Shown: one piece after another, positions 16,367 to 23,811 of the stretch | Layout of the letters: every line of letters starts with the position of its first letter | Position numbering within the stretch: the first letter of the stretch is position 1 | NCBI GenBank assembly: GCA_947465275.1 | Contig: CANIAI010000001.1 | Span: 1-25,398, forward strand | Source of the DNA: Acidobacteriota bacterium | GTDB taxonomy: Bacteria > Acidobacteriota > Vicinamibacteria > Vicinamibacterales > UBA2999 | Direction: 5' to 3' | DNA length: 25,398 bases | Position numbers and translations under genes: made by a program | The notes under the pieces: generated by a model | The model's database searches: none | What the model saw: the letters and a program-made list of their open reading frames with translations, nothing else | Told to the model about the DNA's origin: nothing

Positions 16367-17251
16367 CTACGACTCCCCGCCCGGCTCCCCGCCGGGAGGC
16401 GTCTGGAAGCGGATCGCCGCGATCTGCTCCGAGACGAGCCCGACGAGGAACACCATGACGCCGAAGAGCAGCAGCAGCACGGCGCCGTTGGGAATCTTGC
16501 GGGTGACGGCGAGGTTCACCGCGCCGTACAGGGCTCCCCCGAGGAGCGCCGTCAGGCTGACCGGGGCGAAGATGCGCAGCGGGCTGAAGATCGTCGTGAT
16601 CTTGAAGAGGATCAGCAGGAAGCGGGCGCCATCGCGCGCGAAACGGATCTTCGAGGTGCCCACGCGCTGTCGCGCGTGGATCGGCACGAACGTCACGTTA
16701 TAACCCGCCCTGATGAAGCTCAGCGTGGTCGTCGTGGGGGTGGAGAAGCCGTTCGGCAGCAGGTGCAGGAACTCACGCAGGTGGCTGCGCCGCGCGCCGC
16801 GGAACCCGGACGTCAGGTCGGGAATCGCTCGTCCCGTCAGCGAACTGGCGAGCCGGTTGAGCAGCGCATTCCCCGCCCGCCGCCCCGCGGTGGCCTGGGT
16901 GGCGCTCGCCCGTGCGCCGACGACCAGGTCGTAGGTCCCCAGCGGTTCCACCAGCCGGAGCGCGTCTTCTGGCGGGTGCTGTCCGTCGGCATCGACGATC
17001 AGCACGTACTCACCCGACGCCCGGCGAATACCCGACTTCACCGCAGCGCCGTTTCCCTTGTTATAGGGATGGCGGATCACGACGGCTCCGGCCGCGGCCG
17101 CGCGCATGGCCGTGCCGTCGCTCGACCCGTCGTCGACGACGATCACCTCGCGCCAGGGGGCGGCACGTCGCAGCGCCTCGACGACGGTGCCGATCGACGC
17201 CTCTTCGTCCATGGCGGGGATGACGATCGAGACGAGGGACGGGTCAGCCAA
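16367..17251 (-). CDS. GT2 glycosyltransferase, GtrB/ArnC-like with two C-terminal TM helices
   Basis: SIVIPAMDEE, VDDGSSD, NKGNGAA, VDADGQHPPED, DLTSGFRG, RVGTSKI, then two hydrophobic helices. The TTG start overlaps the upstream stop by 8 nt. Confidence 0.9.
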   Translation of the reverse strand: MADPSLVSIVIPAMDEEASIGTVVEALRRAAPWREVIVVDDGSSDGTAMRAAAAGAVVIRHPYNKGNGAAVKSGIRRASGEYVLIVDADGQHPPEDALRLVEPLGTYDLVVGARASATQATAGRRAGNALLNRLASSLTGRAIPDLTSGFRGARRSHLREFLHLLPNGFSTPTTTTLSFIRAGYNVTFVPIHARQRVGTSKIRFARDGARFLLILFKITTIFSPLRIFAPVSLTALLGGALYGAVNLAVTRKIPNGAVLLLLFGVMVFLVGLVSEQIAAIRFQTPPGGEPGGES

Positions 17252-18296
17252 CGAGCTGCTCCACGACGCCGTCCCACGTGACGAGGGCCGCCCGCGCGCG
17301 TCCGGCCGCCCCGAGGCGTGCCGCCAGCGCGGCGTTGCCGGCGAGCCGGCTGATGGCCGCCCCCACGGCCTCGGGTTCCGGTGCGGTGACCAGCCCCGTT
17401 TCCCCGTCGGTCACGAACTCCAGCGTGCCGCCCGAGTCGCTCGCCGTGATCACCGGCTTCCCCGACAGGAACGCCTCGAGCGTGACGTAGCCGTAGTCCT
17501 CGTCGAACGGCGCGTACAGCACGGCCATCGCGCCGGCATAGAGCTCGACCAGCCGCGCATCGTCAGGCGCGCCGGCGAATGCGATGCGATCGCCGACGCC
17601 CGTTGCCCGCGCCAGTTCCATCAGGGCCGCCTGCTCCGAACCTGCGCCGGCGAGCACCAGCCGCGTCGGCGCGGCCACGTGCGCCATGGCCCGAACCGCG
17701 AGGTCCGGCCGCTTCACACGCTCGAGCCGTCCCACGACCAGCACGTAGTCACCCGGGCGGCCCTCATGGAGGCGCGTCGCGAGCGGTGGCGGGTGGTACA
17801 GCGGGGTCGCGGCCACGCCGTTGAATCGCTCGAGCCGGTGAGCCGTGTTCCTCGCGTTGGCAAAGACGCGCCGACACTCGCCGAGCATCTGCCGATCCAG
17901 CTCCAGCAGCCGCTGGCGGATGGCGAGATCCTCTTCACGCCAGTCGAAGTCGCTGAACGGCGTGCCGCACAACTCGTAGGCGGGCCGGTGCTGGTGGATC
18001 ACCCACGCGACCTTGCGTGGGTGCCTCGCGAAGTAGCTCGGGAAGCGCGTGGCGATCAGCAGGTCGACCGGGCGGCCGTCGGCGGCGTCGAGTTCCAGCA
18101 GGCGCCAGGCTGCCGCCTGGCCAAGCAGCGTCTCACGCGACTGCGGGCGGAATGGGACGGTCGCCGTCTCGGCTTCGTAGCCCCGGCGCCGCAGTTCCTC
18201 GACCAGCGAGGCGACATGGCGCTCGGCGCCGCCGGAGACGAAGGGGACGTGAGTATCGGCGACGAGCACGCGTCGGATGGGCGGATCGGGGGTCAC
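17244..18296 (-). CDS. GT4 (GT-B fold, retaining) glycosyltransferase
   Basis: VPFVSGGAE (GG-x-E), VGRLERVKR, EDYGYVTLE (Ex7E), GKPVI, DGETG. GTG start. Confidence 0.92.
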   Translation of the reverse strand: MTPDPPIRRVLVADTHVPFVSGGAERHVASLVEELRRRGYEAETATVPFRPQSRETLLGQAAAWRLLELDAADGRPVDLLIATRFPSYFARHPRKVAWVIHQHRPAYELCGTPFSDFDWREEDLAIRQRLLELDRQMLGECRRVFANARNTAHRLERFNGVAATPLYHPPPLATRLHEGRPGDYVLVVGRLERVKRPDLAVRAMAHVAAPTRLVLAGAGSEQAALMELARATGVGDRIAFAGAPDDARLVELYAGAMAVLYAPFDEDYGYVTLEAFLSGKPVITASDSGGTLEFVTDGETGLVTAPEPEAVGAAISRLAGNAALAARLGAAGRARAALVTWDGVVEQLVG

Positions 18297-18307
18297 GGAG
18301 ACTCGGA

Positions 18308-18313
18308 ATCATA
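18308..18313 (-). promoter_or_regulatory. Putative -10 box (TATGAT) for the glycosyltransferase operon
   Basis: TATGAT lies 11 nt upstream of GTG 18296; no SD and no clear -35. Confidence 0.45.
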
Positions 18314-18453
18314 CCGTCGCGCGCCACGTGGACTGCCGGCGTGCTCGATGTTCGGTCAAGAGGCCTAACATCTGCGCGTCCGTGGCGCAGGTGTCTCAGC
18401 GCCCATTTCGGTCCAAGACAATTCGTAACTTACACGCGTTGAGCAGCTTGCGG

Positions 18454-18482
18454 TTGACAACCAGGGGGCCGGGTTCTACTAT
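18454..18482 (+). promoter_or_regulatory. sigma70 promoter of the dcw cluster
   Basis: TTGACA (18454-18459), 17 bp, TACTAT (18477-18482); predicted start site about 18489. Confidence 0.85.
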
Positions 18483-18486
18483 CCGA

Positions 18487-18520
18487 GTGGATTTTTCTGG
18501 ACCAAAGTGGAGCACAAAGG
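18487..18520 (+). promoter_or_regulatory. MraZ operator (dcw boxes)
   Basis: GTGGAT-TTTT-CTGGAC-CAAA-GTGGAG-CACA-AAGG: GG at an exact 10-bp period (18489, 18499, 18509, 18519), matching the known GTGG(A/T)G + 4-nt spacer MraZ sites. Confidence 0.75.
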
Positions 18521-18959
18521 CCTCAGGGGCAGCGCGTCCGCCCGGATCGATGACAAGGGTCGTCTGAAAGTGCCGACGAATTTTCGCACGGCCATTCAGG
18601 ACCAGCACGGGATTGATCTGTTCGTGACCAGTCTGTCCGGCGATTCCGTCCGCATCTACCCGATGGCGGTGTGGCTCGAGATCGAGCGCCGGCTGTCGCA
18701 GATGCCCAGTGCCCACCCGGCGCGCCAGAAGTTCCTCGATCGCGTGAACTACTACGGACAGCTCGCTGAACTCGACACACAGGGCCGCGTGGTCGTGCCG
18801 GCGCTGCTGCGCGAGAGCGCGGCCATCGTCGGCGACTGCCGCGTCTTCGGGCGCATCGACTACCTCGAGGTCTGGAACGACGAGCGCTTCGCCCAGAAGC
18901 TGCAGCGCGAGCCGTGGACCGAACAGGATGCGCTGCTGCTCTCGGAACACGGCATCTAG
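18507..18959 (+). CDS. mraZ: Division/cell-wall cluster transcriptional repressor MraZ
   Basis: LRG...IDDKGRLKVP and LDTQGRVVVP (two DxxGR AbrB-like repeats), GRIDYLEVW; first gene of dcw. Confidence 0.95.
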   Translation: MEHKGLRGSASARIDDKGRLKVPTNFRTAIQDQHGIDLFVTSLSGDSVRIYPMAVWLEIERRLSQMPSAHPARQKFLDRVNYYGQLAELDTQGRVVVPALLRESAAIVGDCRVFGRIDYLEVWNDERFAQKLQREPWTEQDALLLSEHGI

Positions 18960-19004
18960 CCGCGTGCGCGAACCGACGGTGCGCGGGTGGAATCGGTGAG
19001 CGCG

Positions 19005-19916
19005 ATGCACGAACCGGTGATGGTCGACGAGGTGCTCGAGCACCTCGACCCGTCACGGGGAGGAATCTTCGTCGACTGCACCGTCGGGCTCGGCGGCCAC
19101 GCGACGCGGGTGCTCGATGGTGGCGCGACGCGGCTCATCGGCTTCGATCGCGACGAAGCGGCGCTCGCACTGGCCGGGGCCACGCTGGCCCCGTTCGGGG
19201 ACCGGGTCACCCTGGTTCACAGCGACTACCGGCACCTCGACGAGGTGCTCGACCGGCTCGGCATCGGCCAGGTCGACGGGATTCTCGCGGACCTCGGGGT
19301 GTCGTCGATGCAACTCGATGGCGACGGACGCGGCTTCAGCTTCCGGCGCGACGAGCCGCTCGACATGCGGATGGACCGCTCGACGGGACCGACCGTCGCC
19401 GAGGCGCTGCGAACGGTCGACGAGCAGGACCTCGCCGACCTGATCTTCCGGTTCGGGGAAGAACGGTTCTCGCGCCGCATCGCGCGCGCGATCACCGGGG
19501 CCGGGGGATCGATTGAGACGACGGGACAGCTGGCCGACCTCGTGCGGCGCGCCGTCCCCAGGAAAGGCTGGTCGCGGATCGATCCGGCGACGCGCACCTT
19601 CCAGGCGCTGCGGATCTGGATCAACCGCGAACTCGACGACCTCGACAGCTTCGTGACCGGTGCGGCGCGCCGCCTCCTTCCGGGCGGGCGCCTGGTCGTC
19701 ATCGCGTTCCACTCCCTCGAGGACCGGATCGTGAAGCACACGTTGCGCGGGCTGCAGGCCGACGAGACGAGCGGAGTCCGCATCCGGACGAAGCGGCCGC
19801 TCGTGCCGACCGACGCGGAAGTCGAACGCAACCCGAGGGCCCGCAGCGCCAAGCTGCGCGCCGCGGAGCGAACAGGGCCGGAGCTGTCCGGTCCCACACC
19901 GGTGACAGGGTCATGA
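19005..19916 (+). CDS. rsmH: 16S rRNA m4C1402 methyltransferase RsmH (MraW)
   Basis: HEPVMVDEV, VDCTVGLGGH, DLGVSSMQLD, RGFSF, PLDMRMD, ATRTFQALRI, FHSLEDR, NPRARSAKLR. GTG 18987 and 18996 are alternative starts. Confidence 0.97.
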   Translation: MHEPVMVDEVLEHLDPSRGGIFVDCTVGLGGHATRVLDGGATRLIGFDRDEAALALAGATLAPFGDRVTLVHSDYRHLDEVLDRLGIGQVDGILADLGVSSMQLDGDGRGFSFRRDEPLDMRMDRSTGPTVAEALRTVDEQDLADLIFRFGEERFSRRIARAITGAGGSIETTGQLADLVRRAVPRKGWSRIDPATRTFQALRIWINRELDDLDSFVTGAARRLLPGGRLVVIAFHSLEDRIVKHTLRGLQADETSGVRIRTKRPLVPTDAEVERNPRARSAKLRAAERTGPELSGPTPVTGS

Positions 19917-20302
19917 ACGACACGTTCGAATACGCCATCAAGAAGGACGTTCGCAACAACCCGATCATCCGGGAGGTCGACGTCGAGCGCCATCGTGAGA
20001 TGTGGCAGTCGGTGGCCATCGGTGTCTTCGTCGTGGTGGCCGCGCTCTTCTCCGGCGTGCAGCACTTCAAGCTGCTGCGTCACGGATACGAAGTCGAGAA
20101 GCTGCAGAAGGCGCGCGGCGCCGAGGAGGCGCTCAACCGGCAGCTGCGGCTCGAGGTGCAGGCGTTGCGAACCCCCGCGCGGATCGAGCGGATCGCGACC
20201 ACGCGGCTCAACATGCGGCAGCCCGGACCCGGCGAGGCGTCGGTCATCGAGCGCACCACCCCGACCCCCGCGCCGCCCAGGTCGGTGGTGGCCCTGAGGT
20301 GA
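19913..20302 (+). CDS. ftsL: Cell division protein FtsL
   Basis: Position between rsmH and the PBP, a single TM helix, a leucine-heptad coiled coil, and RIERIA..LNM. Confidence 0.85.
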   Translation: MNDTFEYAIKKDVRNNPIIREVDVERHREMWQSVAIGVFVVVAALFSGVQHFKLLRHGYEVEKLQKARGAEEALNRQLRLEVQALRTPARIERIATTRLNMRQPGPGEASVIERTTPTPAPPRSVVALR

Positions 20303-22308
20303 AGAACGTGACCGCCGTGACGCCGCCCACAGGCAACGACTGGCGCGAGACCATCCGCCGGCGCCTCACCGTCGCGTCGGCATTCCTGCTGCTCTGGGCC
20401 GTGGGCGTGGAAGCCCGGCTCGTGTACCTGCAGGTGTACCGGCACGAGTACTACCTGGCGAAGGCGCAGCGGCAGCAGAACCGGACGGTCACGGTCAGCC
20501 CGAAGCGGGGCGACATCCTCGACCGCGACGGGCGCGTGCTCGCGTACAGCGTCGACGTCGACACGATTTACGCCGTCCCCGGTGAGGTCAAGGATCCGCA
20601 GACCGCGACGCGGCTGCTCTGCGAAGCGCTGGGCGACTGCACCGCCGCCGATCGCCCGGTGCTGCTCGACCGCCTGAAGAGCGGACGCTCGTTCGTGTAC
20701 GTCCGCCGGCAGGCGACCCTGGATCAGGCGCACCGGGTGGCGGCGCTGCAGCTGGCCGGCGTCGGCTTCATCAAGGAGAGCCGCCGCTTCTACCCGAACC
20801 GCGAGCTGGGCGCGCACCTGCTCGGGTACGTCGGGCTCGACAACGGCGGACTCGCCGGACTCGAGGCGACCTACGACAGGCTGATCAAGGGCGAGCCCGG
20901 CAAGCTCCTCCTGCAGACCGACGCGCGTCAGCGCGCGTTCTCGAGCCTGGAGCAGAAGCCGACGACGGGCGCCACCCTGGAGCTCACGATCGACCAGCGC
21001 TTCCAGCACATCGTCGAACGCGAGCTGAAGGCGGGCGTGGAAGAGAACGGCGCCGAGGGGGGAACCGCGGTGATGATGGACCCCTGGTCCGGCGAGATCC
21101 TCGCGATGGCCAGCTGGCCCACGTTCAATCCCAACGACTTCCGCGAGGTCCCCGAGGCCGCGCGCCGCAATCGCGCGGTGCAGGACATCTACGAGCCGGG
21201 CTCGACGTTCAAGGTGGTCACCGCCTCGGCCGCGCTCGAGCAGCAGGTGGTGCGGCCGGACGACCTGATTGACGCCCGCGGCGGCGCCATCCGGATTGGC
21301 GCGCGCACCGTCCACGACACGCACGACTACGGTGTGCTGTCGTTCACCGACGTGATCGTCAAGTCGAGCAACGTCGGCGCCATCCGCGTCGGGCTGCGGC
21401 TCGGGCCGGAACGGCTCAGCGAGTACGTGCGGAGGTTCGGCTTCGGCCGCCCCGCCTCGCCCGACTTTCCCGGTGAGAGCGCCGGCATCGTGTGGGACCC
21501 GGCGCGCCTGACCGACAGCGCGGTCGCCTCGATGTCGATGGGCTACCAGATCAGCGTCACGCCGCTGCAGATGGCCGCGGCGGTCAGCTCGGTCGCCAAC
21601 GGCGGACGGCTGTTCCAGCCGCGCGTCGTGCGCGCGGTCATCCGTGACGGCCGCCGCCAGCTCGTGCCGCGCAAGATCGTCAACACCACCGTCGCCGCCC
21701 CCATCGCCACCGAGCTGACCGGCATCATGGAGCAGGTGGTCGAGCGCGGCACGGCGCGCGCGGCGCAGGTGGGTGGCTTCACCATCGCCGGCAAGACGGG
21801 CACCGCCGCGCAGCTGGTCAACGGGCGCTACTCGGCCTCACAGTGGAATGCGTCGTTCGTCGGCTTCGTGCCGTCGCGCCACCCCGAGTTCACGCTCATC
21901 GTCGTCATCGACGCGCCGCACACCAAGGGGCACACCGGTGGCGTCGCCGCGGCGCCGGTGTTCCAGCGAATCGCCCAGGCCGTGCTGCGCCAGCGTGGTG
22001 TGCCGCCGACCGTCGACCCGCAGCCGCCCGTCCTGGCGAGCCTGCCGAAGGACGACGTCGACCGCGACACGGTGAAGGTGCAGGTCGTGCATGCCCGTGA
22101 CAGTGGCGAAGTGCCGGACCTGCGGGGCGCCAGCGCCCGTGATGCCGTCCGCGTCCTCACCCAGCTCGGCCTGATGCCGCGCGTGCGCGGCGAGGGCATC
22201 GTGATCGGACAGGATCCGCTGCCCGGCAGTCCGATCGAACGGGGAGGCTACTCGACCGTGTTCCTGGCGCGCCGTCCCTCTGAACCGACCGGAGGTGGCA
22301 CCGAATGA
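20299..22308 (+). CDS. ftsI: Class B penicillin-binding protein FtsI (PBP3) with a C-terminal PASTA domain
   Basis: GTG 20299 overlaps the ftsL stop (GTGA). N-terminal TM, RGDILDRDG, GLAGLE, EPGSTFK (SxxK), KSSNV (SxN), GKTGTA (KTG), and PASTA VPDLRG..QDP.PG. Confidence 0.95.
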   Translation: MKNVTAVTPPTGNDWRETIRRRLTVASAFLLLWAVGVEARLVYLQVYRHEYYLAKAQRQQNRTVTVSPKRGDILDRDGRVLAYSVDVDTIYAVPGEVKDPQTATRLLCEALGDCTAADRPVLLDRLKSGRSFVYVRRQATLDQAHRVAALQLAGVGFIKESRRFYPNRELGAHLLGYVGLDNGGLAGLEATYDRLIKGEPGKLLLQTDARQRAFSSLEQKPTTGATLELTIDQRFQHIVERELKAGVEENGAEGGTAVMMDPWSGEILAMASWPTFNPNDFREVPEAARRNRAVQDIYEPGSTFKVVTASAALEQQVVRPDDLIDARGGAIRIGARTVHDTHDYGVLSFTDVIVKSSNVGAIRVGLRLGPERLSEYVRRFGFGRPASPDFPGESAGIVWDPARLTDSAVASMSMGYQISVTPLQMAAAVSSVANGGRLFQPRVVRAVIRDGRRQLVPRKIVNTTVAAPIATELTGIMEQVVERGTARAAQVGGFTIAGKTGTAAQLVNGRYSASQWNASFVGFVPSRHPEFTLIVVIDAPHTKGHTGGVAAAPVFQRIAQAVLRQRGVPPTVDPQPPVLASLPKDDVDRDTVKVQVVHARDSGEVPDLRGASARDAVRVLTQLGLMPRVRGEGIVIGQDPLPGSPIERGGYSTVFLARRPSEPTGGGTE

Positions 22309-23810
22309 CGGTGCATGAGCTGCTGTCGCAGCTCGGTGGCGCGGCGCCCGCCGGCGACGTGTTCGCGCTCCCCGCGGGTGCGGGGCTCGAGATGTCGTGT
22401 GCCCGCGTGACGAGCGACTCGCGCCGGGTGATTCCGGGCACGCTCTTCGTCGCCCTCAAGGGACTCAAGGACGACGGGGCGCGCTTCGCCGCGGACGCGG
22501 AGCGCTCCGGCGCCCTGGCCGTCGTGTCCGACCGGCCGATCGAGGGACTGCGCGTCCCGGTGGTGATCGTGGCCGACGCGCGGCTCGCGCTGGCGCGGCT
22601 CGCGGCAGCGTTCTACCAGCACCCGAGCGAGCAGCTGCGTCTCGTGGGCATCACCGGCACCAACGGCAAGACGACCACCGGCTACCTGCTCCACGCCATC
22701 TTCGAGGCCGCCGGCATCCGCAGCGGCCTCATGGGAACGGTGACCTACCGGATCGGCGATCGCGTCGTCGAGGCGACCCGTACGACGCCTGACGCGGTCG
22801 AGGTGCAGCAGATGCTGCGGGAGATGGTGTCGGCCGGCTGCACCGGCTGCGTCATGGAGGTGTCGTCGCACGCGCTGGCGCTGCACCGGGTGGATGGCCT
22901 CCGCTTCGCCGCCGGCATCTTCACGAACCTCACGCGCGACCATCTCGACTTCCATGCCGACATGGAGGACTACTTCGCCGCGAAGCGCCGGCTGTTCGAG
23001 ATGCTGCCGCCCGACGCGCCCGCGGTGATCAACACCGACGACCCGCGTGGAGCGAGCCTTGTCGGCGTGGTGCCGCGCGCCGTCTCCTACGGCATCAACA
23101 AGCCGGCCGACATCTCGCCGGGGCCGCTCACCTACTCGGTCGACGGCCTCTCATTCGACATCCGATCGGGCCTCGGTGACGTCCGCGTCCGCTCGCGGCT
23201 GGTGGGCAAGCCGAACGTCTACAACATCCTTGCTGCCGTCGGCACGGCCCTCGCGCTCGGCATTGCGCCCGACGCGATCGAACGCGGGCTCGCCAGCCTG
23301 CCGGGCGTTCCCGGACGCTTCGAGCTGGTACATGAGCCGGGGGACGGCCTGTCGGTCATCGTCGACTACGCGCACACCGATGACGCGCTCCGCAACCTGC
23401 TCGAGACCGCCCGGCCGCTGGCGGCGCGGCGCCTCATCACGGTGTTCGGCGCCGGCGGAGACCGCGATCGCTCCAAGCGCCCGCTGATGGGGATGGTGGC
23501 GGCCCGCCTGAGTGACCTCGTCGTGATCACCTCGGACAACCCGCGCAGCGAGGATCCGGACCGCATCATCGAGGACGTCCGCCGCGGAGCCGGGCCCGAG
23601 GAGCGTCGCGGCGCCCGCGTCGTCGCCATCACCGACCGTCGCGAGGCGATCGAGCATGCGATCGCGCAGGCGACCGACGGTGACATGGTGCTGATTGCCG
23701 GCAAGGGACACGAGAAGTACCAGGAAGCCGCCGGACGCGTGACACCGTTCGACGACGTCGCGGTCGCGCGCGAGGCGCTGCGCCTGCGTCGCACACGGAA
23801 GGCCGGCTGA
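22305..23810 (+). CDS. murE: UDP-MurNAc-L-Ala-D-Glu:meso-diaminopimelate ligase MurE
   Basis: DSRRV, ITGTNGKTTT, TTPD, MEVSSH, FTNLTRDHLDFH, VDYAHTDDA, GGDRD, DNPR (the motif associated with DAP specificity), AGKGHE. Confidence 0.97.
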   Translation: MTVHELLSQLGGAAPAGDVFALPAGAGLEMSCARVTSDSRRVIPGTLFVALKGLKDDGARFAADAERSGALAVVSDRPIEGLRVPVVIVADARLALARLAAAFYQHPSEQLRLVGITGTNGKTTTGYLLHAIFEAAGIRSGLMGTVTYRIGDRVVEATRTTPDAVEVQQMLREMVSAGCTGCVMEVSSHALALHRVDGLRFAAGIFTNLTRDHLDFHADMEDYFAAKRRLFEMLPPDAPAVINTDDPRGASLVGVVPRAVSYGINKPADISPGPLTYSVDGLSFDIRSGLGDVRVRSRLVGKPNVYNILAAVGTALALGIAPDAIERGLASLPGVPGRFELVHEPGDGLSVIVDYAHTDDALRNLLETARPLAARRLITVFGAGGDRDRSKRPLMGMVAARLSDLVVITSDNPRSEDPDRIIEDVRRGAGPEERRGARVVAITDRREAIEHAIAQATDGDMVLIAGKGHEKYQEAAGRVTPFDDVAVAREALRLRRTRKAG

Positions 23811-23811
23811 C

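Noticed and set aside
10121-16703. Long plus-strand ORFs 10121..11671, 11277..13463, 13433..14518, 14722..15672 and 15537..16703
   Set aside because: Same antisense-shadow artefact, opposite recognisable genes.
18314-18453. Lower-GC stretch upstream of the dcw promoter as an sRNA, small ORF or IHF site
   Set aside because: No stable structure with terminator, credible ORF with RBS, or good WATCAA-N4-TTR match could be identified by eye.
20002-20298. N-terminal extension of the PBP ORF (768 aa)
   Set aside because: It overlaps ftsL out of frame; GTG 20299 with GTGA coupling gives a normal FtsI.
22090-22260. PASTA domain on FtsI and DNPR in MurE as novelties
   Set aside because: Both are well-known features, consistent with ordinary meso-DAP peptidoglycan synthesis.
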